Source: a virus (taxonomy: Duplodnaviria; Caudoviricetes). From it: a DNA stretch of 57,925 nt. The translations under genes and the position numbers were made by a program. The number at the start of each line of letters is the position of its first letter. Positions within the stretch are counted from its first letter, which is position 1. Positions 1-10,368 of the stretch are shown in pieces. The notes beneath the pieces were generated by a model. That model searched no databases. It was not told the DNA's origin and saw only the letters and a program-made list of their open reading frames with translations. Location: the IMG/VR virus record IMGVR_UViG_3300009160_000051, positions 1 to 57,925 of that record. One strand, written 5' to 3'.

Positions 1-10
1 GCTGCTTGTG

Positions 11-277
11 TCATAGGGTGCCTTTCAATGCACTGATTTCGTCATCAGTTAAACCGAGTTTTTTGAGTTTAGCTAGGGCAGATGCTTTATTTGTGGCTGC
101 ATTTTGTTGGTCAGAAATAGCTTTAGCTTGCAATCTAGTTAGTTCAGCATTAATCTGAGCATCTGTTACAGGAGCAGTTGTTGGTTTAATCCAAGTCACT
201 ACACCTGTGTCATTATTAAGTACATATTCAGCACCTTCAACCAAAGAAGAAATTGCTGTGGCTTTATCAATAATCAT
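11..277 (-). CDS. small tail-fibre-associated (chaperone-like) protein
   Basis: 88 aa ORF coupled by an ATGA overlap to the upstream fibre gene; position matches the other small partner ORFs in this cluster. Confidence 0.55.
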   Translation of the reverse strand: MIIDKATAISSLVEGAEYVLNNDTGVVTWIKPTTAPVTDAQINAELTRLQAKAISDQQNAATNKASALAKLKKLGLTDDEISALKGTL

Positions 278-1266
278 CCTGCAATCTCCATAAGAATAAT
301 AGTGTCTGTGTTAGCAATAGGTCTAAATTGTGAAGAAGCGTTACTTACATAACCATAAACTGTGTAAGTTGTTGCTGATGTAGTTGCTGGGGAATCATAA
401 AAATTAACCGCAATACTAAAACCTACGTTGCCACCCGGATTGTCATACATTGCATTTGGGTTAGCAGTTTTTAAATTAGTAGTGTTATTTCTATAAATAG
501 TTGCATAGGATTGGGCGTTGTCCTGACCATCTTGGGTCATACTAAATGTAGCCATTACATAAATTTTGCTAGTAGAAAACCTAGGGGTAATGCTTGCAGT
601 CAAACCTAATGAAGCAGGTGAAGTAGCAGTAATGGTTGTGTTTGACATAGTGTTGTTAGCACCAACTACTTGAATAATAGTTCCTGTCGGTGCCCATGCA
701 CCACTTGCTGCCATCTTAGCTGCTGTTACAGAACCATCTAACAGATACGCACTTGTTACTGCACCGCTAGTTGCGGGAATAGCTCCTACTACGCTAGATA
801 CATAAAAGCTCTCTGTAGTAATCAAGTCACCAGAAGATGCACCACTAGCCAGCACTACAGTAGTTCCGTTAGAAGCTGTGTAATCAGCAGAACCTAGCAA
901 TACACCGTTACGGTACACGCTAATATAGCCAGCAGTGTAGCTAGGAGGAGTAAAGGTTGTCTGACCAGCTGTGGCAGTAAATTCGGTTACGGTTCTATAG
1001 GCAGTTGTAGTTACACCAGATGCAGGGATACCTAAGTAACGTACAGATATATTGGCTGTAGCACTTGGAGGTGCAGCACTGAATGTGAGGGTTAAACCTG
1101 AAACAGAATAAGTGGTAGGATCTTGTAAGACACCTGAAACTGCTACAAGGATAGATGCAGTATTGGCAGGTGCAGCACTTAATGTGAAGGCTGTCTGTGA
1201 TCCAGTGCCACTGAACTGGTCGGTAAGGAATGCTACCGATGTGGGTTGATTACCAATATAGCTCAT
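274..1266 (-). CDS. tail fibre / virion surface protein
   Basis: Ser/Thr/Gly-rich beta-type 330 aa; N-terminus MSYIG.PTS shared with 2340..3692; C-terminal IIQVV...DSPATTSATTY...MEIAG module shared with 1608..2150 and 56763..57269. Confidence 0.7.
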   Translation of the reverse strand: MSYIGNQPTSVAFLTDQFSGTGSQTAFTLSAAPANTASILVAVSGVLQDPTTYSVSGLTLTFSAAPPSATANISVRYLGIPASGVTTTAYRTVTEFTATAGQTTFTPPSYTAGYISVYRNGVLLGSADYTASNGTTVVLASGASSGDLITTESFYVSSVVGAIPATSGAVTSAYLLDGSVTAAKMAASGAWAPTGTIIQVVGANNTMSNTTITATSPASLGLTASITPRFSTSKIYVMATFSMTQDGQDNAQSYATIYRNNTTNLKTANPNAMYDNPGGNVGFSIAVNFYDSPATTSATTYTVYGYVSNASSQFRPIANTDTIILMEIAG

Positions 1267-1269
1267 AGA

Positions 1270-1611
1270 TTATTCCCAAACAGGAGTAGGTTCGACAGGG
1301 AAGTCGGGGGTTACTTGTGGTTGCGTAACTAAACCACGTAAGATGCCACGATAGGTTACAAAGTCAGCTGCATTAGCAAGACCTACATCGGAGAGTACAG
1401 ACCAATCTGAAGCAGCTAAGAGTGCTTTAGCTTGTTCTTTGCAACTAGCCTTAGCTACTGTGTCTTGTGTAGATTGCCATAAAGCATCGAGTTCAGCCTG
1501 TGTTGGTTTTGGTGATGCATCCAACCATGTTAAACCAGTATAAGAAGCTCCACTTAAGGACCATTGTTTTCCGACATAATTTTTTAAAAGTATTTGTGAG
1601 TAATCAATCAT
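1270..1611 (-). CDS. phage tail assembly chaperone-like protein
   Basis: LLAASDW...D...YRGILRGL...FP..P resembles the Phage_tail_APC-type signature; lies directly after a fibre gene. Confidence 0.65.
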   Translation of the reverse strand: MIDYSQILLKNYVGKQWSLSGASYTGLTWLDASPKPTQAELDALWQSTQDTVAKASCKEQAKALLAASDWSVLSDVGLANAADFVTYRGILRGLVTQPQVTPDFPVEPTPVWE

Positions 1612-2150
1612 GCTGAAATCTCCATTGCAGTAATAGAAGATACAACCCTTTGGTCATAGTCTGTTGATGTTCTATCAGACTGTGTTCTATTAATGTATAC
1701 TGGCTGTCCAGCTTCATTCCATTGCCCAGACCACGCTTGCAGTTTATATGTAACTGCAGAAGTTGTTGCTGGGGAATCTAAATAAATTGCAACGCCTGTA
1801 TCCGTTGATTGACCTATTGCTGCAGAAATAGCTAATGTAGAATTAACTCTACCAGAAGAGGCATCACCCTTAAATATTTCTGTTCCATTTCTTAATAGAA
1901 ATACATAACCATGATTTGCATTGCCAGCAGTATTGTATGCAACAGAAATAAAAAGAAGAATCTTGCTGCTTGAACTTGACGGAGTAATAGTTACCGACAT
2001 ACCAGTAATATCAGTTTTTGTTTCTGATGAGATTACTTGTGTATCAGTTTTAGTTGCTTGTACAACTTGTAAAGTAGAACCTGCCGGCAGATTAGCTTTT
2101 GCAGGCACACCACTAGCCAAGCTGTTTGAGTTGATTTGACTAATAGCCAT
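1608..2150 (-). CDS. short tail fibre / virion surface protein
   Basis: GSTLQVVQ...TPSSSSSKIL...DSPATTSAVTY...MEISA module, paralogous to two other genes. Confidence 0.65.
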   Translation of the reverse strand: MAISQINSNSLASGVPAKANLPAGSTLQVVQATKTDTQVISSETKTDITGMSVTITPSSSSSKILLFISVAYNTAGNANHGYVFLLRNGTEIFKGDASSGRVNSTLAISAAIGQSTDTGVAIYLDSPATTSAVTYKLQAWSGQWNEAGQPVYINRTQSDRTSTDYDQRVVSSITAMEISA

Positions 2151-2338
2151 TATGCGTTCTCCGCTGGTAGGGGGACATTGCCTTCAGCCAGCCACTTAAG
2201 GTAGGCTTGGTAGTCGGTGTTGTCTAGATTAAACGGAAAAGACATCAATACACCGTTTTCTTCTTTGCAAGCTCCACACACTACTTCGGTAGTTGTGTTG
2301 TCAGAAAAATGTGTTGTTTTCTTTAATAATTTATACAT
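2150..2338 (-). CDS. small tail-fibre-associated protein
   Basis: ATG (MYKL) just after the stop of 2340..3692; NTDYQAYLKWLAEGN.P.PA motif typical of small ORFs following phage fibre genes. Confidence 0.6.
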   Translation of the reverse strand: MYKLLKKTTHFSDNTTTEVVCGACKEENGVLMSFPFNLDNTDYQAYLKWLAEGNVPLPAENA

Positions 2339-2339
2339 T

Positions 2340-3692
2340 TTATAACTCCGCACTAAAAGCTATTGAACCACTTGCATTATTGGTTTGATACATACCACAT
2401 TGACCAGCAGTAGCAGATGTATCTCCTGAGTTATACATAACTGCTATTTTTGTTGTAGTTCCGCTATCAAGCGTAAAACTATTAAATGTATGAGCAGTTC
2501 CAGCTTGATAAAAAACATAATATCCTGACCCTGTAGTTGCTACTAATGTTGGTACAGTTCTCATTTCGGTTGGGAAAAATGTCATACATTGAATAAATGT
2601 TGATGCATATCTATCACCAACACCAAGTCTTTGCCCTGTACCATTTGCATATCTGATGTAATATCGTTGGCAAAGAAGTGTTTCGGTACCAATGCTTCTG
2701 TAATCGAAAGTCGTTGCCTGTGTGCCTAGCTCAAGCTGAACTCCAGTAATTTGCCATGTGTTTCCATTGGTAGCAAATAGGTTTGTTTGACCGCTGACTG
2801 TGTAGTAATAGTTACCACTTACACCATTCGCTTGCCAAGTATTTGCTGTTAATCCGCTTGCAGAAGCTAAACCAAAATCTAAGTCAATACCACGATCATT
2901 GGTGCTTCCCCAAGTTCCACTTGTTGGACCCACAACAGTTATTGTTTTGTATTCCCAAGTGTTAGCAGTATTAATTGTGTATGAAAAACCAAAAGCATAC
3001 AGATTGTTTCCAGTTTGCATTGCACCACCAAATGTTCCTGTTACGGAACTACGCACCCAAAATGACAAAGTGACAGTTTTTGCGTCAGCAGTACCCCAGC
3101 CAAGGTCTGCCATGTTATAACCTTCAACATACTGACGAACGATGGCAAAATTAGTTCCAAGACTTGTTGCTTGGCTTGTAATTGTTGCTAATAACGAATT
3201 TTTAAAACCTGCGGGAGCGACAGATGATTGTTGGATAGTCATTGCCCCTGAGGTATTTTGGTAAGATGACCAACGATCTAATGTATAGTTATCTGAAATA
3301 GTACCGTTAAACGCTCTTTGATTTATTACCATCGCACCGTTGATAATACGGTTCTTGAAGCTAATACCTAAGTCTTGCTGTACATCAGCATTCAATGTGC
3401 TCCAGCTAACTGTGCCTTGGCTCGGTGTGATTGCCTGAGTCGTGGTGCTTAGATAGCGGACATAGACGTTGCTTGTACCAGCTGACGGGGCAGAGGTGAA
3501 GGTAATAGTCGTGCCACTAATAGTGTAAGCATCATTAGGTACTTGAACTACGTTATTAACTACTGCTTGAATGTCGTTAACGGAAGCTACTGTGCGTGAT
3601 AAGGTAAACGCAGTTGCTGAACCTGTGCCGTTAAAGTAGTCAGTACCTGAAATAAAGTTCTGACTTGTAGGAGTAGAACCGATGTAAGACAT
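2340..3692 (-). CDS. tail fibre with carbohydrate-binding-like domain
   Basis: KNRIINGAM...DRW...TLSFWVRSS...ITGVQLELG...CQRYY pattern of jelly-roll fibre domains. Confidence 0.7.
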   Translation of the reverse strand: MSYIGSTPTSQNFISGTDYFNGTGSATAFTLSRTVASVNDIQAVVNNVVQVPNDAYTISGTTITFTSAPSAGTSNVYVRYLSTTTQAITPSQGTVSWSTLNADVQQDLGISFKNRIINGAMVINQRAFNGTISDNYTLDRWSSYQNTSGAMTIQQSSVAPAGFKNSLLATITSQATSLGTNFAIVRQYVEGYNMADLGWGTADAKTVTLSFWVRSSVTGTFGGAMQTGNNLYAFGFSYTINTANTWEYKTITVVGPTSGTWGSTNDRGIDLDFGLASASGLTANTWQANGVSGNYYYTVSGQTNLFATNGNTWQITGVQLELGTQATTFDYRSIGTETLLCQRYYIRYANGTGQRLGVGDRYASTFIQCMTFFPTEMRTVPTLVATTGSGYYVFYQAGTAHTFNSFTLDSGTTTKIAVMYNSGDTSATAGQCGMYQTNNASGSIAFSAEL

Positions 3693-4018
3693 TATGCAAT
3701 CTCCAATAGAGAAGCAATAACGTCAGCACTAGATGCAGCAGAAGAAACTACCTTGAGTACATCAGCAGCCTCTAAGCAAAGCTTTTGATCTCCTCCGATA
3801 GGTACTAAAGAACCACCGACAGGTACTGTTGCACCCTTAACCAAGTAGTAATCTACAGCAGAAGAAGTAACATACACATCACAAGTAATAGGTGATGTTG
3901 TAGTGTTACCAATCGACATGCCGATGACAGTAGTTTGTGTTGACGAAGGGCAAGTATAAATCGTAGCAGCAGATGTGCCGACAGACTTGCTGAAGTAATT
4001 TTTAAAAGTATTAGCCAT
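3692..4018 (-). CDS. small virion structural protein
   Basis: 108 aa beta-rich, MANTFKN start, located in the tail module; resembles 19419..19751. Confidence 0.55.
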   Translation of the reverse strand: MANTFKNYFSKSVGTSAATIYTCPSSTQTTVIGMSIGNTTTSPITCDVYVTSSAVDYYLVKGATVPVGGSLVPIGGDQKLCLEAADVLKVVSSAASSADVIASLLEIA

Positions 4019-4030
4019 GTGAGTTTGTCC

Positions 4031-5788
4031 TTATCCTAGTGCAATTGCTAAAGCTACTGCTGTTCCTGCTGGGTCACCAGAAGTAATAGTTGTAAATGAT
4101 ATAGTCCCAGATCCGTTTGTTTGTAACACTTGCCCGTTTGTACCATCAGTAGTAGGCAATGTGAATGCACCTACGAAAGAAGTTAAGTTACTGTCGTATG
4201 CTTGTATATCACTTCCGATAGTCAAGCCTAAAGATGTCTTTAGCGTGGCTCCAGATTCAGCTACAAAGTTAGTACCGTTACCGATAATGACTGCATTGTC
4301 AGTTGGAGTTAGTCCAGCTACATCAGCCAACTGTGCATCATAAGCCTGTACATCAGTACCAATTACTAAGCCCAAAGAAGTCTTCAGGGTAGCACCAGAC
4401 TCCACAACGAAGTTAGTACCATTGCCGATTATAACACCGTTATCTGTAGGTGTTAGTCCCGCTACGTCAGCTAACTGTGCATCGTAGCCTTGTACATCGG
4501 TACCGATAGCTAAACCTAAGAAGGAACGAGCAGAAGATCCACCTGCACCTAGGGTAGTTAAGTCTGCATCAAAAGCCTGTACATCGGTACCGATCACTAA
4601 GCCTAAAGCTGTTCTTGCTGCACCTGCTGAAGTAGCACCTGTACCACCATTAGCGATAGGCAGAGTGCCAGTGATATCAGCAGTACTGATATTCAAGTCA
4701 TCCCAAGAAGTATTAGTTCCGTCAGACTTTAAGTACTTACCTGATGCTGTTGTTTGTGCTGGTAGAAGATTGTTGATTGCAGCAGTAGCAGTAGAAGCAC
4801 CAGTACCACCGTCAGCAATAGCCAAGTCAGTAATGCCAGTGATAGATCCACCAGTAACACTTACGTTACTAGAATCTTGAGTAGCAATAGTACCAAGACC
4901 TAGAGATGTTCTAGCAGTAGCACCTGACTCAGCAACAAAGGCAGTACCATTACCTACAATAAAATTATTGTCAGTGGGAGTTAAAGCTGCAATAGCAGCC
5001 AAGTCAGCATCATAAGCCTGTACGTTAGTACCAATTACTAAACCTAAAGTTGTACGTGCTGTAGCTGCATCTGCATCATCAATTAAACTACGACCAAAGG
5101 TAGTGAGGTCTGCTACAGAAGCAGTACCTGATCCAGTAAAGTATGGGAGTTTATCTGCTGCAGAAGTTAGACCAGCTAAAGCTGCTAGCTCAGCATCATA
5201 GGCTTGTACATTAGTACCGATGGCTAAGCCAAGAGTAGTTCTTGCTGTAGCTGCATCTGCATCATCTACAAGAGTTCTACCAAATGCGGAGAAGTCAGCT
5301 ACTGCTGCTGTTCCTGAGCCAGTAAAGTATGGTAGCTTATTAGCTGCTGATGTAAGACCTGCAATTGCAGTTAAGTCAGCATCAAGAGGTTGCTTGCCAT
5401 CTATCTGAGTTTGAATAGCAGAGGTAACACCATCAACAAAGTTTAACTCAGTAGCTGTTGGAGTAAGGAGAGTACCATTCAGATCCAATGCATCGATGTA
5501 TGCAGTACCATCAATGTACAAATCTTTATACTGGTATGTAGCAGAACCCAAGTCTACAGTATTAGTAGTCTTAGGAATGGCACCACCTGTTGCTACTACG
5601 ATATCCTGAGCAGGACCAATCTTAGTGATAGGTGCACCTTCAGAAGTACTTCCGTCATGCGTATGACCTGAAGCTGCAACAAAGGCAGCAGCAACAGCAT
5701 CAAATTCTGCATCTAAATCCGATGCATTAATAATGTTACCGTCAGCAATATTGTTGACTGTATCGGCACGATTATAACCTGTAGACAT
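4031..5788 (-). CDS. long tail fibre with internal repeats
   Basis: Repeated AR..LGL.IGT(D/N)VQAYDA.L units; follows the nozzle gene. Confidence 0.75.
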   Translation of the reverse strand: MSTGYNRADTVNNIADGNIINASDLDAEFDAVAAAFVAASGHTHDGSTSEGAPITKIGPAQDIVVATGGAIPKTTNTVDLGSATYQYKDLYIDGTAYIDALDLNGTLLTPTATELNFVDGVTSAIQTQIDGKQPLDADLTAIAGLTSAANKLPYFTGSGTAAVADFSAFGRTLVDDADAATARTTLGLAIGTNVQAYDAELAALAGLTSAADKLPYFTGSGTASVADLTTFGRSLIDDADAATARTTLGLVIGTNVQAYDADLAAIAALTPTDNNFIVGNGTAFVAESGATARTSLGLGTIATQDSSNVSVTGGSITGITDLAIADGGTGASTATAAINNLLPAQTTASGKYLKSDGTNTSWDDLNISTADITGTLPIANGGTGATSAGAARTALGLVIGTDVQAFDADLTTLGAGGSSARSFLGLAIGTDVQGYDAQLADVAGLTPTDNGVIIGNGTNFVVESGATLKTSLGLVIGTDVQAYDAQLADVAGLTPTDNAVIIGNGTNFVAESGATLKTSLGLTIGSDIQAYDSNLTSFVGAFTLPTTDGTNGQVLQTNGSGTISFTTITSGDPAGTAVALAIALG

Positions 5789-5797
5789 ATCTTTACC

Positions 5798-7777
5798 TTA
5801 TCGTCTGTCGAATGTTGCGTATTCTAAAGTTGCAGCATCAAGTGAGAATGGAGGATCTATACTCTCTGAAATAAACTGCAATGACACTGTAAATCCAGAA
5901 CCCACTACCTGTGTTTGAAATAACTTCTTTAATTTAGTTCCGTATCTAGCAGTACCGTAGGTAGCTGTAGGAGATCCATAAAAACCTACTGCACCTGTAT
6001 CATTTGATAGTGTTATCGTGTCAGGTTGTATCACACCTTCATCGTCAAAGTCAAGCTTTAAGTTAGCTGAAGTAGTTACGCTACCCGTAGGATCTGTATA
6101 CAAAAACATCTTATAAAATGTCTTACGTAATCTTGGGTCTGTCATTGGTACAAACGGAGTAGAGAATGTAGCTACAATGTCAGAACCATTAAAACTATTA
6201 CCTGACTCCATCCGATATACAAAGCCATCTGTATGAGCAAAGACTACTGTCTCAACTCTTGAGAAGTAATCACTGTCTGCTACAAAGGCTCTGATACCCC
6301 GTAACTCAGCCCAAGAGATTTCACCTGTCTCGTTACCGATGATCTGAGTACCTAAGATACCAACAGCATTCTGTGTAGTAACAGCAGTACTAAATCCAAA
6401 TAAACGATACTGTGACTTCTCTCGAATAACTACACTACAGAATGAAGTAGATGATCCAATGAAGCTAGTCACCTCACTCTGAATAGACTTCGATACTACA
6501 GCTAAACTAAAGTCACCAATCTTGTCTGTTGCACTTAATAGTCTTAGACCATCAGGACCTAAGAACATAATGTCAGAGCCAATCTCTTGGATGGTATCTG
6601 TATCAATACACCCAATGTTTAATGTGATTGGCTGTAGCTGAAAGTCAGCTAGTGTGTTTCCTACAAGCCGTGTAATCTTTTGTTGACTAAAGATAATCAA
6701 CTGTTCACGGAAAACAATCAATCCAGTGATTGCGCTACCTAGGTTAATATTGCCTGCACCATTAGCAGTACTAAAATCATTGTCAGTAAAAGGTGCAGTA
6801 AAAGTAAGTATGTCCCCTTTAGCAAAGAACATCTGATTCTTAAACCAGCAAATATGTTCTGCAGCTTGTACGTCACTTGGTGCAGAGTTTAATGCAGTGA
6901 AAGTAGTATTGTCATAAATGAAGGGGGCATTGACACTATCAACACCTGCAATCTTTTCTGTAGTACCAATACGATACTTCTCAAATCTATTCTTTGAACT
7001 ACCTGTTCTGTCAGCAGTTACAAATGTGATAGCTGCATTGTCTGCTGGACTAGATGCGAGGCTAGGGTTAATACTTAATGTTGCACCACCAGAAGTAACT
7101 GTTGCATCTGCTAGAACTGTGTAGATTAAATTTACACCTGCAATAGTAAATGTATCACCAGCTTGAGGTGCAGAAGTTAAACCATCTACAATTAAACTAG
7201 CACCTGTCTGTGCACCACCATTAACTAAGACAGTACCGTAGGTAGGAACATTTATCCTAGTCCACCCAGATCCTGTACTTTTAAATACAGAGTTATTACG
7301 TACTGCAATAGTGCTACCACGCCAAGCTGCTACACCAATAATATCACCAGCATTGCTAGTCACAGTTAATATAGCAGCATTAGCTGGGCTAGATGCAAGG
7401 CTAGTGGTTAAGGTTAATGTTGCACGTTTATATGTAGAGTTATATGAAACACCACCTGCTGCAATAGTATATGTACCTGTTACACCTGCAATAGTAAAGG
7501 TAGTACCTTCTGCAGGTGATGTATACAGACTACCTACTATAAGTGTAGTACCTGTCTGTCCACTACCGTGTACTCTTGGTGTACCATACGATGGAACATT
7601 AGCTGTGTCGTACTTAGTAAAGCCTTCAATCCTACGATAGCCACCCTCAATGGATGGTTCAAAATTACGTAGTACCCTAGCACTACCCGGCAAAGATATA
7701 CCGTGCTGTAGTGGAGGCAAGTTTGTTACTAGACCACCCCTAAACTCAAACGGGTACGTCTGCCATTTATCTGCCAT
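5798..7777 (-). CDS. tail tubular protein B / nozzle (head-closure, P22 gp10-like)
   Basis: FRGGL...NFEP...GGYRRI.G N-terminus, beta-propeller-like body, located after the adaptor gene. Confidence 0.7.
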   Translation of the reverse strand: MADKWQTYPFEFRGGLVTNLPPLQHGISLPGSARVLRNFEPSIEGGYRRIEGFTKYDTANVPSYGTPRVHGSGQTGTTLIVGSLYTSPAEGTTFTIAGVTGTYTIAAGGVSYNSTYKRATLTLTTSLASSPANAAILTVTSNAGDIIGVAAWRGSTIAVRNNSVFKSTGSGWTRINVPTYGTVLVNGGAQTGASLIVDGLTSAPQAGDTFTIAGVNLIYTVLADATVTSGGATLSINPSLASSPADNAAITFVTADRTGSSKNRFEKYRIGTTEKIAGVDSVNAPFIYDNTTFTALNSAPSDVQAAEHICWFKNQMFFAKGDILTFTAPFTDNDFSTANGAGNINLGSAITGLIVFREQLIIFSQQKITRLVGNTLADFQLQPITLNIGCIDTDTIQEIGSDIMFLGPDGLRLLSATDKIGDFSLAVVSKSIQSEVTSFIGSSTSFCSVVIREKSQYRLFGFSTAVTTQNAVGILGTQIIGNETGEISWAELRGIRAFVADSDYFSRVETVVFAHTDGFVYRMESGNSFNGSDIVATFSTPFVPMTDPRLRKTFYKMFLYTDPTGSVTTSANLKLDFDDEGVIQPDTITLSNDTGAVGFYGSPTATYGTARYGTKLKKLFQTQVVGSGFTVSLQFISESIDPPFSLDAATLEYATFDRR

Positions 7778-8499
7778 TAGTAAACCCTAAAGCCAGCAAT
7801 AGTACGTTTGTTAGTTGCTAGTGCAGTTCCTCTTACGTAGTCATACCGATTGATCAGCATGATACGCATGTGCTTAATACCATCTTCAAACTTTGCCTTA
7901 GCAATAGCTGCTGCTTGTTCATTACTACGGAACATATAAGCATAGTACATAGCCCCTTCGTCAATGATATGACGGTACATTTCAGGGATTATAGGGGTAT
8001 CTGTCGCATTCTCTAAAGCAGTAGTACTAGCATAGTATTCATATGCCAGAACAAAAGCTTCTTTAGGTGGAGGTACTAATCCAAATGTACGGTTAGGAGC
8101 TTGGAATACATATTGTGGTACATCACGGACACTAGTGTCGGTTGTGTACTCTTGGTCAGCAAACTTCTCTAAGTAATCTTCATAAGCAATGATACGAAGT
8201 TTAACTGTGTCGTTATTAAATGTAGAACTCTTCTTAATGCGGAAAGTATCGAAGTCAATAGTTTTTGCATTAGCAGGATAAGCATAGCGAGTAGTACCCG
8301 CAGTGAGTGTAGTTTCCTGTGTAGTATGATTCCAGTGCCATTGAAACTGCAACTGGTTGATATCTTGTATTGCTGAGTTTACTGCATCTTTAGCATGTGA
8401 ATAGAATCCTTTAGCACTAGCAAAGTTAGCACTTGTCAACTCTACTTCATTAAGACGTTTATTAACGTCATTAACTAAACCTAAGAAGTTATAAGCCAC
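7777..8499 (-). CDS. tail tubular protein A / head-tail adaptor
   Basis: FLGLVNDV..RLNEV N-terminus, P.IPE.YRH.I motif; 240 aa directly after the capsid genes. Confidence 0.7.
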   Translation of the reverse strand: MAYNFLGLVNDVNKRLNEVELTSANFASAKGFYSHAKDAVNSAIQDINQLQFQWHWNHTTQETTLTAGTTRYAYPANAKTIDFDTFRIKKSSTFNNDTVKLRIIAYEDYLEKFADQEYTTDTSVRDVPQYVFQAPNRTFGLVPPPKEAFVLAYEYYASTTALENATDTPIIPEMYRHIIDEGAMYYAYMFRSNEQAAAIAKAKFEDGIKHMRIMLINRYDYVRGTALATNKRTIAGFRVY

Positions 8500-8517
8500 G
8501 CTATTGCCTTTATTCTA

Positions 8518-8550
8518 AAGAAAGAAAGATGGGGGCTTTTGACCCCCACC
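8518..8550 (-). terminator. rho-independent terminator after the capsid operon
   Basis: Minus strand GGTGGGGGTC-AAAA-GCCCCCATC followed by TTTCTTT. Confidence 0.8.
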
Positions 8551-8566
8551 CTTATACATCAACTAC

Positions 8567-8974
8567 TTAAGCTAATTGCTCACGATCAACAGAAGATGCA
8601 GCATCTGCAGCTTTGTTTACGTCAACAACGATTGCAAAAACACGACCAGTGATAATGCCGGGTGAACCAGAGATAGAAGTTAATACATCAATGGTGTCAG
8701 CAGCAGGAATCAAACCAGCAGTACTGCCAGCCTTAACTGTGTTGATAGTAGCAGCATCAAAGCTAGTAGCAGACATGAAAGTAGTAGTACCATCTGTCAC
8801 TGCGACAGTATAGGTAGTAACATCAGGAACTGCAACTGTGTTTTGAAAACCAGCAGCCAATACCATAGTACCAGCAGGAACAGAGATTCCTACAGTAGTA
8901 CCAGAAGTAGCAGGCAAGCTAACAAACTTCTCGATTTTGTACGCATGATTACGTACTGATTGAACTAAAGCCAT
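8567..8974 (-). CDS. probable capsid decoration / minor capsid protein
   Basis: 135 aa beta-rich ORF right after the MCP gene, strong RBS (AGGAG), before the terminator. Confidence 0.55.
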   Translation of the reverse strand: MALVQSVRNHAYKIEKFVSLPATSGTTVGISVPAGTMVLAAGFQNTVAVPDVTTYTVAVTDGTTTFMSATSFDAATINTVKAGSTAGLIPAADTIDVLTSISGSPGIITGRVFAIVVDVNKAADAASSVDREQLA

Positions 8975-8991
8975 TTCTATTTCTCCTTAAA

Positions 8992-10062
8992 TTAAGCTGC
9001 GTTGTAACGGGCAACAGCGATTGCTTCTGGACGAAGAATCTTGCGACCATACAAGTGCATACCACGTACAATGTCAGCGAAGCTGTCTGGATCACGATAG
9101 CTTTCTGTCTTGGTGATTTGTTGAGCAGATGCAACAGCAGCATCTTGACCTGCAACGATAATACCGTAGTTAGAGGACTGAGCAGAAGAACCAGCTGTAC
9201 CGGGACCAGTACCAACTTTAGGTAGGTTGTTAGAAACGTATACACGGAAACCATGTAAGTTGTTCAAAATCAAACCATTCTGCAAGCCAGATCCACCGAA
9301 GTCACCATTCAATAAACGGCTATCTTCATCTTTCAACAACTCGATAAATACTGGATCAAGAACAATCCAACGACCTTGTGAGTCAACTAACTGTGTATCC
9401 AACAAGCGACCCATACGAGCAATCACTTGCAATGGAGATACAGTAGCTGTTGGCAATGCTGTTGCACCGGGAAGGCGTGGAGCCAAAGGAATAGAATCAC
9501 CTGTGGAACCAGCAGATGTCAATTGACCAAAAGATGGACGGCTTAACTTCATTGTGGACAACAACTCATCTGAACCAGCTTCTGTCAAAGCCTTAGTACC
9601 GGGGTAAGTAGTACGGACTGTGTCAGACTGAACGTGCTTAGCAGACTGGCTGTAGCCAGAGAGGTAACCCAAAACGTCTTGGTCATACTGGTCACGCAAG
9701 CGATAAGCTGCACGATCAGAAGCCATGCTCATGAAGTTAACGTGGCTATGGGCTGCTTCGATATCGTCAATCTTGAATGCGAAGTAGTTAGCTTGGTCAA
9801 CAGTCAATGTGAAGTCTTCGTCATTCAGGTCTTGTGCAGTGATTTGTGTACCACGAGCATATGACTGAACTGAAACTTCTGGCTCTTTGATGATCTTTAC
9901 AGAGTCACCCATGTTAGCGATCTCACCGAAGTAGTCGCTGTTAGTGATAGCTTCAACAGTAGAAGCTTTACGGAATGCAAGTTGTACTTGCTTGGAATAG
10001 ATTACTGGGCTAAAATTACCATTAGGTAAATTGCCGTAACCTGCTGCTGATGAAAATGCCAT
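8992..10062 (-). CDS. major capsid protein (HK97 fold, P22/T7-like coat)
   Basis: FSP.IYSK...N.DY.GEI...GDSVKI and DIVRG.HLYG.K.LRPEA motifs; strong RBS; follows the scaffold gene. Confidence 0.9.
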   Translation of the reverse strand: MAFSSAAGYGNLPNGNFSPVIYSKQVQLAFRKASTVEAITNSDYFGEIANMGDSVKIIKEPEVSVQSYARGTQITAQDLNDEDFTLTVDQANYFAFKIDDIEAAHSHVNFMSMASDRAAYRLRDQYDQDVLGYLSGYSQSAKHVQSDTVRTTYPGTKALTEAGSDELLSTMKLSRPSFGQLTSAGSTGDSIPLAPRLPGATALPTATVSPLQVIARMGRLLDTQLVDSQGRWIVLDPVFIELLKDEDSRLLNGDFGGSGLQNGLILNNLHGFRVYVSNNLPKVGTGPGTAGSSAQSSNYGIIVAGQDAAVASAQQITKTESYRDPDSFADIVRGMHLYGRKILRPEAIAVARYNAA

Positions 10063-10336
10063 TTTAGATTTCTCCTAAATTGAATGAATGTATTGCTACA
10101 AAATACGCTTACATATATTCATGGAGCCTCGTCTATTAGGTGCATATAACTTAGAGTTCTAGATCCGCTAAGGTATATGGGCTAACGCTGTAGGGTAGTC
10201 CGTTGAAATACAATGCTGCGTTATACATACTACTAAGGTTTGTGCCTGACTTAGATGGTTGGCTTAGCTAAAGCGGCATCATTAGGCGATTTAAGAAGGG
10301 CAAGTAAGCGTAGGCTTACCTGTCCCTTTGTACTAC

Positions 10337-10365
10337 AGTTATAAACTAAAACTTCTATTTGTCAA
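10337..10365 (-). promoter_or_regulatory. sigma70-like late promoter for the capsid operon
   Basis: Minus strand TTGACA-N16-TATAACT directly after the scaffold stop codon. Confidence 0.6.
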
Positions 10366-10368
10366 GAC

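Noticed and set aside
274-3692. Diversity-generating retroelement acting on paralogous fibre C-termini
   Set aside because: No reverse transcriptase and no near-identical template/variable repeat pair differing at adenines
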